From Stegostoma tigrinum (Eukaryota): a stretch of DNA of 64,000 bases. The DNA is taken from the NCBI RefSeq assembly GCF_030684315.1, contig NC_081397.1, positions 10,378,421-10,442,420 on the forward strand. The letters run 5' to 3'. The stretch's first letter is position 1; each line of letters starts with the position of its first letter. Under the pieces are notes generated by a model. The model was given only the letters and a program-made list of their open reading frames with translations, was not told the DNA's origin and did not search any database. Both the position numbers and the translations under genes were made by a program. Shown here piece by piece: positions 11,835 to 24,209 of the stretch.

Positions 11835-13110
11835 AGAGGGGGATGGGGAGAGGGAACTGGAATAAATAGGGAGAGAGGGGGAGGCGGGCCGAAGATGGAG
11901 AGTAAAGAAGATAGGTGGAGAGAGTATAGGTGGGGAGGTAGGAAGGGGATAGGTCAGTCCAGGGAAGACGGACATGTCAAGGAGGTGGGATGAGGTGAGT
12001 AGGTAGATGGGGGTGCGGATTGGGGTGGGAGGAAGGGATGGGTGAGAGGGAGAACCGGTTAGGGAGGCAGAGGCAGGTTGGACTGGTTTTGGGATGCAGT
12101 GGGTGGGGGGGAAGAGATGGTCTGGTTGTGTGGTGCAGTGGGGGGAGGGGATGAACTGGGCTGGTTTTGGTATGCAGTAGGGGAAGGGGAGATTTTGAAA
12201 CTGGTGAAGTCCACATTGATACCATATGGCTGCAGGGTTCCCAAGCGGAATATGAGTTGCTGTTCCTGCAACCTTCGGGTGGCATCATTGTGGCAGTGCA
12301 GGAGGCCCATGATGGACATGTCATCTAAAGAATGGGAGGGGGAGTGGAAATGGTTTGCGACTGGGAGGTGCAGTTGTTTGTTGCAAACTGAGCGGAGGTG
12401 TTCTGCAAGGCGGTCTCCAAGCCTCCGCTTGGTTTCCCCAATGTAGAGGAAGCCGCACCGGGTACAGTGGATGCAATATACCACATTGGCAGATGTGCAG
12501 GTGAACCTCTGCTTAATGTGAAATGTCATCTTGGGGCCTGGGATAGGGGTGAGGGAGGAGGTGTGGGCTACACTTGCGTCCCAGTCACAAACCATTTCCA
12601 CTCCCCCTCCCATTCTTTAGATGACATGTCCATCATGGGCCTCCTGCACTGCCACAATGATGCCACCCGAAGGTTGCAGGAACAGCAACTCATATTCCAC
12701 CTGGGAACCCTGCAGCCTAATGGGATCAATGTGGACTTCACCAGTTTCAAAATCTCCCCTTCCCCAACTACATCCCTAAACCAGCCCAGTTCGTCCCCTC
12801 CCCCCACTGCACCACACAACCAGCCCAGCTCTTCCCCCCCACCCACTGCATCCCAAAACCAGTCCAACCTGTCTCTGCCTCCCTAACCGGTTCTTCCTCT
12901 CACCCATCCCTTCCTCCCACCCCAAGCCGCACCCCCATCTACCTACTAACCTCATCCCACCTCCTTGACCTGTCCGTCTTCCCTGGACTGACCTATCCCC
13001 TCCGTACTTCCCCACCTATACTCTCTCCACCGATCTTCTTTACTCTCCATCTTCAGCCCGCCTCCCCCTCTCTCCCTATTTATTCCAGAACCCTCTCCCC
13101 ATCCCCCTCT

Positions 13111-13140
13111 CTGATGAAGGGTCTAGGCCCGAAACGTCAG
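13111..13140 (+). ncRNA. Minimal type I hammerhead ribozyme motif (PLE)
   Basis: CTGATGA-A-GGGT-CTAG-GCCC-GAAA-C-GTC-AG. Confidence 0.75.
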
Positions 13141-13384
13141 CTTTTGTGCTCCTGAGATGCTGCTTGGCCTGCTGTGTTCATCCAGCCTCACATTTTATTA
13201 TCTTGGAATTCTCCAGCATCTGCAGTTCCCATTATCTCCAATACCAGAGAGATTCGGGATTGTAGTGGGGGTTGTAGTGATAGACCTTGCTGTTAGGGTG
13301 GATGGAGTCTATATCAAGTCTGATCAGTGTGTGTGAGGGTAAAACTGTGTCACAGAGTCGTGCAGTAAGGCATCCTTTGGCTTG

Positions 13385-14030
13385 GGCCTCAGCATCATTG
13401 TATCCTCCACTGTCAACATCCTGGGAGCTACTATGAAGGACAAATTGAACCGGACTCATCCGATAAATGCAATGGCTACAATAACAGGGCCAAGGCTATG
13501 GATACTGCAGCAAGTAACTTCCCTCCTGATTTCTCAAACCTGTCCAAAATCTCCAACATTCAAGTCAGGAATGTAAAGGTTTCCCCTCTGTAGCCCCCAT
13601 TACCTGTATTAGTGCAGCTCCAACTGCACACGGCAAGCAAGGTACTATCCATGAAAAAGCTGCTCCTGGTTAATTGGCACCACATTCACAAACATCCACT
13701 CTCTCAAATATAAAATTAGATAGCACCTACCAAACCCACAACTACTTCCATCTTGAAAGACAGCAGCAGCAGGTTCATGGGAACTGCACGAACTGCAAGA
13801 TCTTCTCCAAGACACTCACCATCCTGACTTGGAATTATATTGGCCGTTCAGTCTGTGCCAATCCGTGAAAATCCTGCAATTCCCTTACTAATGGCAATGT
13901 GGGCCGACCTGCAGCTCAGAGATTGCAACGGTTCAGGAAGGCAGTTCACTACCACCTTCTCACGGGCATTTCAGGAGGGTCAATCAACGCTCAGACCAGT
14001 CAGTGATGTCCACAGCTGGCATTTTTTTCT
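13385..14030 (+). mobile_element. Degraded non-LTR retrotransposon 3' fragment (L2/Crack/Daphne-like; exact clade uncertain)
   Basis: ORF 13382-13576: TVNILGATMKDKLNRTHPINAMAT..GPRLWIL. Same family at 43430-43800(-) and 54060-54605(+). Confidence 0.7.
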
Positions 14031-14094
14031 TTGAAATGTCTGCATTATTCTTGCCCAGTAACAAAGACTGTCCAAATTCTCTTAAAACACCCAG

Positions 14095-14630
14095 TTGTGA
14101 AACAGAGCATAGACTGGGTAATCATTTTGCACAACATCTATGTTCTGCTTGCAAAAAAGACCTTGAACTTCCTGTTGCCTGTCACTTTAATGCACCACCC
14201 CGTTTCCAGTCCAACATCTCTGTCTCTGTCTTGCTGTAGAGTTCCATTGAAGCTCAACACAAGCTAGAAGAACAATACCTCATCTTCCACTTGGGTCCCT
14301 GCAGCCCTCCAGACCCAGTATCGAGATCAATATTTTTGGGCCTAAACTCTACCCCTCACAAGGCCTTGTTACCACATACCCTGCCATTATCCACCACCCA
14401 CTAAGAGTTCCCATTAATTACTATTCAACATCCCAGCCTGATCGTTATCGACTCTGTCCAAGTGTTCTTCTCTCTGTTAGGCTCTATCCTAACATTTATT
14501 CCAAACCCCATCACACTCCCCTTTTATCAGCATATAAACTGACGTTTTCCCAGCCACCATCAATTCTGCAGAAAGGTCACTGGACGCAGAATGTTAATTT
14601 TGTTTCTTTTTCCTTCTTAGATGCTGCCAT
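14095..14630 (+). mobile_element. Older Neptune-type PLE 3' fragment
   Basis: ORF 14003-14239: ETEHRLGNHFAQHL..DLELPVACHFNAP (GIY-YIG C-terminal half). Decayed hammerhead at ~14566-14598. Confidence 0.75.
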
Positions 14631-15079
14631 ACATAGAACCGCTCCAGGCCATTTGGCCCAACAAGTCCTCAGCACCCGACCCAGACCTATTCCCCTACCC
14701 TTTACTTCTCATGTCTGACCCACAGAACCCAAACATCTCTGGGCACCACGGGCAATTTAGCATAGCCAATAGCATAGCTTTCACACCTTTGGACTGCGGG
14801 AGGAAGCATTCAAAATGATGCTCTAACTTTTTTTCTATATGAAAACAGTAAGGGAGGTGACATGAGCAGAACAAAACATTGGCATATAGTTCGTAATTAT
14901 GCGCCTAATCTACAGCACGCTTCATAGAATCATCATAGAATCCCTACAGTGTGGAAACAGACACTTCAGCCCAACTAAAATTCCACACCGACCCACTGAA
15001 CAGCATCCCCTCCCAGACCCATCGCACCGCCATTTCCCCGCAACCCTGCATTTCCCTTTGTCACACACAACCCAGAGGA

Positions 15080-15234
15080 GCGCATGCGTGAGGCCCTCTC
15101 CCAGCGCTGCCATTGTGGGGCATTGAGTCAGTGAGTGGAAGAGGTTAGTTTGAAACAGGCCGCAATGGAGAGACCAGCGCCCAGGGAAGCGAGGGAACAG
15201 CAGGCTCCTTCCAGCAGCGCATCGAGATGTGAGT
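15080..15234 (+). promoter_or_regulatory. CpG-rich promoter and putative first exon of an unknown plus-strand transcript
   Basis: GCGCATGCGT (NRF1-like) at 15080-15089, GCCGCAATGG strong-context ATG at 15165, consensus donor GTGAGT at 15229-15234. GC/CpG-rich to ~15450. Confidence 0.55.
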
Positions 15235-15479
15235 CTGGGGCACAGAGGGGGCTCCGAGACCGGCATTGATTCGGGTTCAGTTCAGGGAGAACCGTGGGCT
15301 GTTGGTAAGAGGCGGAGCGGAGCAGGAACTGGTCCCGGAACTTGGAGTGAGCGGCCTGTGGGCGGGGAGAGAGAGGCTTTTCTCGGGCTGTGTGTGGGCC
15401 TGTTGAGGGAGACACAGCGGCAAGAAGCTGCTGCTGGGGGTCAGGCTTGTAGCTTTTAGTCTTCTAAACACTGATGGAA

Positions 15480-15580
15480 AGCTTTTGTGCTCCTGAGATG
15501 CTGCTTGGCCTGCTGTGTTCATCCAGCCTCACATTTTATTATCTTGGAATCTCCAGCATCTGCAGTTCCCATTATCTCTG
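15480..15580 (+). mobile_element. ~100-nt PLE terminal insertion starting at the predicted hammerhead cleavage site
   Basis: Begins AGCTTTTGTGCTCC.. (the bases that follow GTC in full motifs) and ends ATTATCTCTG. TGGAAA at 15475-15480 and 15579-15584. Confidence 0.88.
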
Positions 15581-16072
15581 GAAATTCATTGTTCGGCTTC
15601 AATTTCGCGCTGTTTTTGGACATAGTGCCGTGAACAGTGGAAACACAGACTAGAGGCATGTTATAACCCTGAAAAGGACAGTTAATTGAGTCCCTAGGTT
15701 AAATTTCTCACCTGAAATATTTAAAATAGCGCCCTTTGTTCTTCCTTTTCACAGATAGTGTGTTGGGAGCCGGATATTGAACTGTGTATGTATGCATGCC
15801 TGCTCCTTCGGATAGCCCCATTTATGAAAGTACAGTTGTTGCTCAGTTTCTGGACCTCACTCATGTGATTTCGAATTATTTCAGGAAAAAAAGTACAATG
15901 AGAATCCCCAGAAAAGGAGCAGATCTGGAGAACAGAGAACAAAGCCTCTGGTTCTGTTCAATTTGTTAGTTTTCTTCTTTTAAAAACAAACACACGTCCC
16001 AATGATTATGAACTTAATGTTATGTTGATTACTTCAATACGGTCAGACTTTCTGTATGTTGACTTCCTCCAG

Positions 16073-16154
16073 GCAAATACTTGAAGGACCAGGATGATGT
16101 TCTATTTCCTCGGTGCAAAGCCAAGTCTGACCAGTTACTGCTAACAATCAGCAG
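16073..16154 (+). other. 82-nt putative exon, copy 2
   Basis: CTTCCTCCAG acceptor and GTATGT donor at 16155. Homologous to 401-482. Confidence 0.6.
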
Positions 16155-16465
16155 GTATGTAGCCCATTGACGTTGACACAAGTTTTGAAGATGGATAGAC
16201 TGATTGGTCATCCGAAATAGACACTCAGGAACAGCATTAAATCTGCATTGAATAAGGGCATTTTCAAAGTTACAATCAAGACAAACAATAGATCATGCTG
16301 TAACATAGTTTCAAAGTCATACCTCAGTGAGATGTTAAGTACAGAAATGGGAAGAACCTGTGCACCAAGAGTTACTAAAGTGGATGAAACATGTTTATAT
16401 GAAGTTTATCAGTGACTGAGAAGGACAGAATTAATCCTTTGATGAATAATTCTCTCCTCCTCTCA

Positions 16466-16475
<10 letters not shown>

Positions 16476-16516
<41 letters not shown>
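16476..16516. repeat. (CA)n microsatellite
   Basis: About 20 perfect CA units preceded by a CT run. Confidence 0.97.
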
Positions 16517-16526
<10 letters not shown>

Positions 16527-17669
16527 AGACCTTCAGTCAGTCAATGTGGAACAACTAAATTGTTTTGTGTTCACTGCAAATCATAGAAAATGATAGACTC
16601 AAAATGATCTCCACTAACACCCTCAAGTTACAGAACTCTACAGCACAAGAGAAAGGCCCATCAGCCCGTTGCATCCACACCATTTTTTTAAAATGGTGAA
16701 CAACTTTTAAAATCCCAATCAGCCAGCATTCTATTTCCATGAATGTATGGAGGCTGAAGAGGAACTGCTATCCTCACCCTTATCATTTCTTCACCTTACA
16801 GGAGTAAATATTTCTTTTTTAACATTGTGTATCTCTTTCAATTTTTTGTTTCAATTTTCGACAAAGGGCTTGATGTTCATCTCGACCTTCCCTACAGCAC
16901 AATCATGTTAGTCCTCATGGTACGGACAAATGTCAGTGTAATATTAATCCCAGTGTAATATTAATATTAATCGTACAGAGTCAGTGAATATCTACTGTAC
17001 CTGAGATGGTTGCAGACATCATGAAGCTAGCACTGCAGCTATTCAAATGCTGATAACTGGAGAACTAATGTCAAATTGGCACTAACAGACACTGGCAGTG
17101 AGTGGAAGAAGTTCACAATTCCAACAATTAGTGGAAACTAGTATGCAGAATAGAATGTCCCAGTGCAAGCACAGTGGGCTGAATGGTCTGCTTCCACGCT
17201 GCACCTCATCTTGATTTTGATCCTGGTAATGACGTAAATGATATTCTGTTGTATAGAGTATTAGTTTAAAAATATAACATAGAAATAGACAGAGAGGTGC
17301 AAAACAAAATCTTTAAGAAAGAGCACGAACAATGCCCAATACAAAAAAAATGAATCTACGGAAACCTGAAAAAACAAATCCCGTACTGAGACAGAGAATC
17401 AGCATCTGATACGATCGGTATATAAAACCCATACTCAGCACATAAACTGTAAATTGTGTTGTTGATTCAGAATGGTTCTCATAGGAAACCAGTCCCATTT
17501 ATATGACCCCTCCTAGATCCTGCCAACTGATAACGAACTCAGAAGTCTCAAAATGCCGAAGAGATTAATACCCAGCCTCAATGTCTTATTAGCTATGTCA
17601 GAATATGTTGCATAGTCACAGAGAATATTACTGGCTGCAAGAGAATCAAGGCACATTGATACACAACAG

Positions 17670-19310
17670 TAGAAACTGACAGATACAGATTGATACCTAC
17701 ACTGACTCATTCACATTCCAGAAACACACAAAAGAAAATTGATGATGAATCACATATTCACATTCAAATAACAGGAACGGACATGGACTGATAATTTGAC
17801 TTGGCCATTCACACAGCAGAAACTGACTGGAGAGATGGGGAAATGCAGCCTCACATTTATGTTGCAGATACTGACAGCAAGAATAATGTTGTTAGACACA
17901 AATTCACAGAATAAAAACTGACTGGTACACATTGATAAATGCATTTGCCTATTCAAAGCCAGAAACTCATAGGTGGAAATTGATGGGTAAAATCACACAT
18001 TCCCAAAGCAGAATGATTGTTTGTAATAGTCTTGGTTTCAAATAACTGACGGGGACAGATTGGTAACTTCACTCACCGATGCACAGAGCAGAAACTGACA
18101 GGCATAGAGCAATAACTACACTCATCTGCTGCCGTAGGTACTGATTGACAATGACATGTACATATTCACACAGAAGAAACTGACAGGTATTCACTGATAA
18201 CTAAACTCATATATTGACATAACAGAAACTGCAAGTGATAGACTGAGAATTACACAAACATATTCACAAAGCAGAGGCTGAAAGTGTACAGATTGATAAC
18301 TACACAAACATATTCACACAGCAGTCTGAGAGGAATAGACTGATTGTTAAACTCACATAGACAGAGCAGAAACTGACAGGCAGAAATCAGCAGTGAAACT
18401 CTCATTCTTTTAGCTGAAACTGACAGGTAGAGATTAATAACTAAATCCTCACATTCACAAACCAGAAACTGACAGGTGCAGAATAATAATGACATTGACA
18501 TATGCACATAGCAGAAACTGACATGGACAGAATAAAAATATCATGCCCAGGCTCATTTGGCATCATCTGAACAGTACGTTTGAATAACTAAATTAATTTT
18601 CACAGAACAGAGTTTGCCAATTATGTATTGATATCTATATTCCAAGATTGACAGAGCAGAAACTGACAGGCATAAATTGATAACTGAAATCATATTCAAA
18701 GAGCAGAACCTGATTGGTACAGATCCAGAACTGCACTCACATATTAACATATCACTTGCTATCAGTTAGTTCCAGCTAACATCATTCACATATTGACAAA
18801 GAATTAACTGACAGATAAAAATTGACAACTATATTTATATATTCCCAGACCTGAAACCGGCAGGTACAGAGTGGTAAATACACTCATGCATTCACATATC
18901 AGACTGACAGGGACAAATTTTAAAACTACATTTCACAGAGCACAAGGACAAGAACAGATTGATCACAGCACTCATGCATTCACATATCAGGACCTAACAG
19001 GTAAGGATTGATAATTATACTCATGTTTTGAAGTAGCAGATGCTTACAGCTAGAGATTAATTACTGCACTCTCATATGCACAGTGCACAAACTGACAGAT
19101 AACTGATAACTGCACTCAAACATTCACATGGCAGAAACTAATATAAACAGATTGATAATAAGCTCATACTTGTATCGCAGAAATAGGCAGTGACTAACTA
19201 CTTCTGTGTGAATATGTAAACATATTTATCAGTCAGTCTCTGTCAGTTTCTACAATGTGGATATATCAGTTTAGTTATCAGTCTATAGTTGTCAGTTTCT
19301 GTGATGTGAA
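17670..19310 (+). repeat. Degenerate ~49-bp tandem repeat array 2 (about 30 units); terminal units inverted
   Basis: AGAAACTGACAG-like anchors at ~18175, 18224, 18273, 18322, 18368, 18415, 18464 and 18513. 19200-19310 reads CTGTCAGTTTCT (reverse orientation). About 2 more units at ~21285-21380. Confidence 0.85.
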
Positions 19311-20290
19311 TGTGTGAGGGAAGTGCATCGGATGCCATCTGTATGGATTTTAGTAAGGTATTTGACAAAGTGCCACATGGTAGACTGGTCCAAAAAGTAA
19401 GAGCCTCTGGGATACAGGGCAGTATGTTGAATTGTGTCCAAAGATGGCTCAGTAACAGGAAACAAAATGTAGTGGTTGATTGCTGCCTTTGTGAATAGAA
19501 AGCTGTTTCAAGTGGTGCTCAGCATGGCTCAGTGTTGGAACCCCTGCCGTTTGTTTTCTGCGTTGATGATTTGGACTTGAATGTGGTGGGCTTATTTGAG
19601 AAGTTTGCAGACAACACAAACTTGGCCATGTAGTGGGTAGTGTAGAGGATAATTGTAAGATGCAAAATGGTACAGATAGTTTAGTGGAGTTGGCAGGAAA
19701 GTGGCAGATGGAGTTCAGCTCTGATAAGTGCAAGATAATGCACTTTGGAAGCTCAAACAGTAAATGGAATCGAAAATAATTGAGAGTATATTGAGAACGG
19801 TAGATGAAGTGAGAGATCTGGTGTGCAGGCGCACAGGTCCCTAAAGGTAGCAGTACGGGCATTTAGAATTATAAACAAGGCATGTACAATGTTCCCCTTC
19901 ATTGACAGTGGTATGGAATACAAACGTAGGGATATAACTGTGAAACTGTGTACGGAAATGGTGAGGCTGCAACTGGAGTATTGTGTGCAGTTCTGGTCAC
20001 CATATTACAGGAAGGATGTAATTGCTGTGGAGGGAATGCAGAGGAGATTTACCAGAATGTTGCCAGGGCTGGAGATTGTAGCTCCGAGGAGAGATTGCAG
20101 AGGGTGGAGTTATATTGCTTGGAATAGAGGAGGCTGAGGGGTGTCATGATTGAAGAAAACGAAACTGTGAAAAGAAGAGACAGAATAGACAGGAGGAACC
20201 TGTTTCCCTTGGAGAAACTGTTCAAAAATCAGAGGTCATTGATTGAAGTGAAGTGGCTGAAGGATCGGAGGATTCTTAAGGATTTTTTTT
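19310..20290 (+). mobile_element. CR1-type LINE 3' fragment (degraded)
   Basis: DAICMDFSKVFDKVPHGRLVQK and LEYCVQFWSPYYRKDV..QRRFTRMLPGL, with frameshifts. Confidence 0.9.
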
Positions 20291-20509
20291 AACAGTATGA
20301 AACAGTCTGACCTCTTCCAGCCTTCCAATATTAGGAAGGAAGATGTGCCAAGAACTTTGAGGAAGGTGAAGATAGATAATTCCCCTGGGTCTGATGGGAT
20401 TTATCCAAGGATTCTGTGGGAAGCGAGGGTGGGGCAGGGGGTGGGGTGGGGGCGGGATGGGGGTGGGGGAGTGGGGCAGGGGGATGCGGGGCAGGGCGGC
20501 GGTGATGGT

Positions 20510-20990
20510 GGTTCTCCCCCATTCTTTCTGAAGCCAATGGTCAGTTCTTTAGTTTTTCCAACATTGAGAGAGAGGTCGCCTTCACTGCACCATGTCATCA
20601 AGCCCTCTATCTCCCTTCTGGGTTTTGACTCCTGGTTGTTCCATATGTGTCCCACTATGATGGTGTCATCAGCAAACTTGTAGATGGTGTTCATTTGGAA
20701 ATTGGCCCCACAGTGTTGGGTGTACAGTAGGGGCCTGAGGTTGCATCCTTGGCGGGTGGCCTCCAGTGTTGTGTGTTATTGTAGAGGAGATGCAGTTGTC
20801 TGTCTTCACTGATTGCAGTCTATGGGTTAGAAATTTGAGGATCCAGTTGCAGTGGGTGGAGCCGAGACCAAGGTCACAGAGTTTTGAGATCAGTCTGCAC
20901 AGGATAACAGTGTTGACTACAGCTCCGCGTTCAATGAGCAGGAGTCTGATGTAGGTGGTTTTGTTGTATAGATGTTCCAGGGATGAATAA
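20510..20990 (-). mobile_element. Rex1/Babar-like LINE RT fragment
   Basis: ORF 20401-20694: KFADDTIIVGHIWNNQESKPRREIEGLMTWCSEGDLSLNVGKTKELTIGFRK. Confidence 0.75.
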
Positions 20991-21648
20991 TCTCCTACAA
21001 CCTCTTGAATCAGGCAGAAGATACAGAAGCCCGAACAGGTTCAGGGGCAGCTTCTTCCTGTTCATTATTAAATTGATGAATGGACTCTTTAGCCTCAAAT
21101 AATGATGATCTTGCCAATGTTGATCTCTCCGAGTGCGCACCCTGTGAAATGTAACCTGCATTCCTCTCTGAGTTGTTTTGTTCTGTACATCCTTGCTGAC
21201 TGTGATCGGCCTGTACTGCTCGTAAACAGAGCATTTCACTGTCTCTCGCTACATTTGAATTTATTTAAAAAAATTAACAGAGCATATACTGACAGGTACA
21301 TATTTGTAACGACACTCACGCATTCAACAAGTGGGAGCTGACAGATATAGATGGATAACGAAACTCACATATCCATATACCCACTTGCAGTATGTACTCC
21401 CACTCATGCAGCTGTATCAGTGTTGGTTAGCTTTTGGATCTCACTCAACCGGGTATTCGAATTTTAAGAAAAAAAAATAGACAAGGAGCAGCTCAGGCTA
21501 GGAGTAGAATCAGACCGTGGTTCTGTTCAAATAAGTAGCTCGAAACAAACAATCCTAATGAATAATTAACTGAATGTTACATTGGCAATATCAATGTGAT
21601 CAATCTCAACTGATGTTAGTTTACAGGAGGTATTCCTTCTTCCTCCCG

Positions 21649-21730
21649 GCCAATACTTGAAGGACCAGGACAATTTAGTGTTTCCTCAGTACAAAGCCAA
21701 TTGTGACCAGCATCTTAGAACAACCACCAG
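21649..21730 (+). other. 82-nt putative exon, copy 3 (acceptor AG changed to CG)
   Basis: Homologous to copies 1 and 2; donor GTATGT at 21731. An alternative TTTACAG acceptor ends at 21626. Confidence 0.45.
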
Positions 21731-24209
21731 GTATGTTACACTGTCAGAGCATAGAATATCCTAGCCACAGTGATAGCAGATTCAATCTCACACATTGAAT
21801 GCAATTTCCAGAGAGATGTGTTCTAACCAAGAGTCAAACACCATTGAGGAAATACCAGTGTATCTCTTTTATCTGTACTGTCACTTCCAGCCACCCAGTT
21901 CTAAACAATTTCACTTTGGAGGAATGACAGACTGAATCCTCATCCAAAATACCTACACAGGAACAGCATGAAATCTGCATTTAGGAAGGGTACTTTCAGT
22001 GTTACAGGGAAGTGAACAAATAGATGATACTGTTAGTTTGACCAACCACATGGGAAGTAGATATGGAGTACAGATATTGAAGCAAACATTTCAGTTAGCA
22101 GTAACAGGCAGACAGAATTATTATTTTACTGAATATTTGTCACAATAGTCACAAAAAGACTGACAACGAGAGAATTGTTAATATACACTCTCACTCCCTC
22201 TCTTGCACCCTCCTCTCTCTCTCTCTCCCTCTCTCTCTCTCTCACTATCAAATATATATACCATTCCAACACACGTTCCAACATATAATAGCCATGCAAT
22301 ACCGTATACATTGCAAGCAACAGAAACTGTCACATCTGGAATGATTTCTATTCACAGAGCCATTGTCAGAGAGGCCTGCAGTCCTTCACATTATTGAGTC
22401 TGCACCGAGAATTCTCATCCCATTCATTCAACATTTCATTCACATAAATGTATGATAGCAGCAGAGAAGCTGCCATCCCCACCTTTATCGCAACATCATT
22501 CTCCTTTTCTTCACCTTTCAGGATTAGAATTTGCTTTGTCTTTTTCAGTCCAGCAAGAAACCTCGAGTACCTCTTTCAAAATTAATCTCAATTTTCTATA
22601 AAGAGCCTGACATTCCTCCTGGCCCTCCCGAGAATGTATTGCAGAGAAATACCAAGATATCTGAATACAATTTTCACAATAAATCAGTTTAATCAAGTGG
22701 TTACCTTTCAAAGCAGTGCACAAAATAAAAATAGACAAAATTGGTTTGCTTGGTAGGTTTGTGAAACACTCATTTTGTTTCAAAGCAGAGTTGAACAGTG
22801 TTGATTGTTCAATAAATTGAGTTTCACACTTTAAATCTGCTGCACTGCAAGACAGAAAATAAACTTCCTTTTCCTTTCCACTTCCCTCCCATAGAACAAC
22901 ACAAGAGTACCAGTAATTGCTTCCACCATCACAGCACAGAGCAGGGTCATGTCCTGTCTACATCAGGGAATAAGTTCCCTGTTTGTCTTTTCTGTCCAAG
23001 CGACACTGTGTGGTCAGGCAGCTGCAATGCAGTTGAATTGTTCACTGCCATTGGCTTTCACAGTTTACACTGATTGCTACTTTAGCGTTACTCAGAAAAG
23101 CATATCACTACACACTGAAAAAGAAACGGATGTTATTCTGACAGTCAATACTTTACATCATTAATCCCCGTTCAACTCTACACTATACAAGTTACAAAGG
23201 CCCATTGTGTTTCCAGTCTTGAATCTGAGGAACAGCACAGAGTCCCTTCTGTAGCAGTGTGTTGCCTTTCACTTGCACATGATTCCCACAGGCACCAACA
23301 ATTGAAGATCTTCGGTGGTTTCCCATTCACGACAGGAGACGGGAACTGAGATACAGACTGGCAGCACGAGGGAAAACTCACTCACACACAGCCAGTGGAT
23401 GCTAAAAGGAAAAGAATGAAGTACGGCCTCTCAGTAATTTCCAGATATGAACTGACTCTCAAAATCTCTGATTACACCTGAGGATATTGGACTATTACAG
23501 TGCCCAGTAGTGACAGATAGATTCTACTGCACACTCAACCTCATGCACAATGTAAAAACAAACTGAGACTGAAATGCAATGCAGTTGAGTGCAATTGAAA
23601 AGAGTTTGACAGAGTTTACTACTCCGACACAAACCACAACTGAACATACGAGAATGAGATCCATGTACTCTCCCTGAGACTGTGGGAAACACATCAAAAC
23701 TGCCACGATCGTTATGAAAAGCCAGATACCCACAGAACTTATGTCATATTGGCCTTTACAAATAGACGCTGACAATGAGTAGATGAAGTTCACATTCCTA
23801 ACAATTACTGCGGAACTGCTGCATAAAAAATTCCCAGTACAGAGACAGTGGGCTGAATGGTCTGCTCCTATGCTGTACCATATCTGTGATTCTGATTTTG
23901 GTGAGAAACAAACAGTTTAATCAGTGGTACCACAGATCTCAGGCTGTCTGACCAAATAGGAAATATGTGACCATTTGTCAGAATGGTTCTCAGAATAAAG
24001 CAGTTCCCCTCCTGTTGTCACCCCATGTCCTGAACTTCCTCACCCCCCTCACCTACCACACGGATTGACACTCAACTCATAAATCACACAATGCAGAAGA
24101 GATTAAGAGCCAGCCTCAACACCCTAACAATAACTATCACAGAGTGATTTGTACAGTCACAGAGAATAATACTGGCCTTCAGAGACTTAGCCATTTTGAT
24201 ACATGAGGA

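Larger units (their letters stand above)
11707..13238. mobile_element. Inverted (back-to-back) pair of 5'-truncated Neptune-type PLE copies
   Basis: The minus arm 11707-~12567 encodes GIY-YIG (ORF 12059-12613: NVVYCIHCTRCGFLYIGETKRRL). The plus arm ~12574-13238 repeats the same 3' end. Hammerhead motifs at 11805-11834(-) and 13111-13140(+). Confidence 0.95.

Noticed and set aside
17670-19310. CRISPR array or decayed C2H2 zinc-finger array (ATTCACACAGCAGAAAC resembles an HTGEK linker)
   Set aside because: The context is eukaryotic, the whole unit is repeated with no unique spacers, and there are no cas genes. The period is ~49 bp, not the 84 bp of C2H2 fingers, and no CxxC pattern is present.
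23346-23401. FcR-type signal-peptide mini-exon (ASTGCV) followed by a VPVS-starting segment on the minus strand
   Set aside because: The exon would be 16 or 20 nt rather than an in-frame 21, the intervening intron only ~35 nt, and the downstream frame lacks Ig cysteine spacing and stops early.
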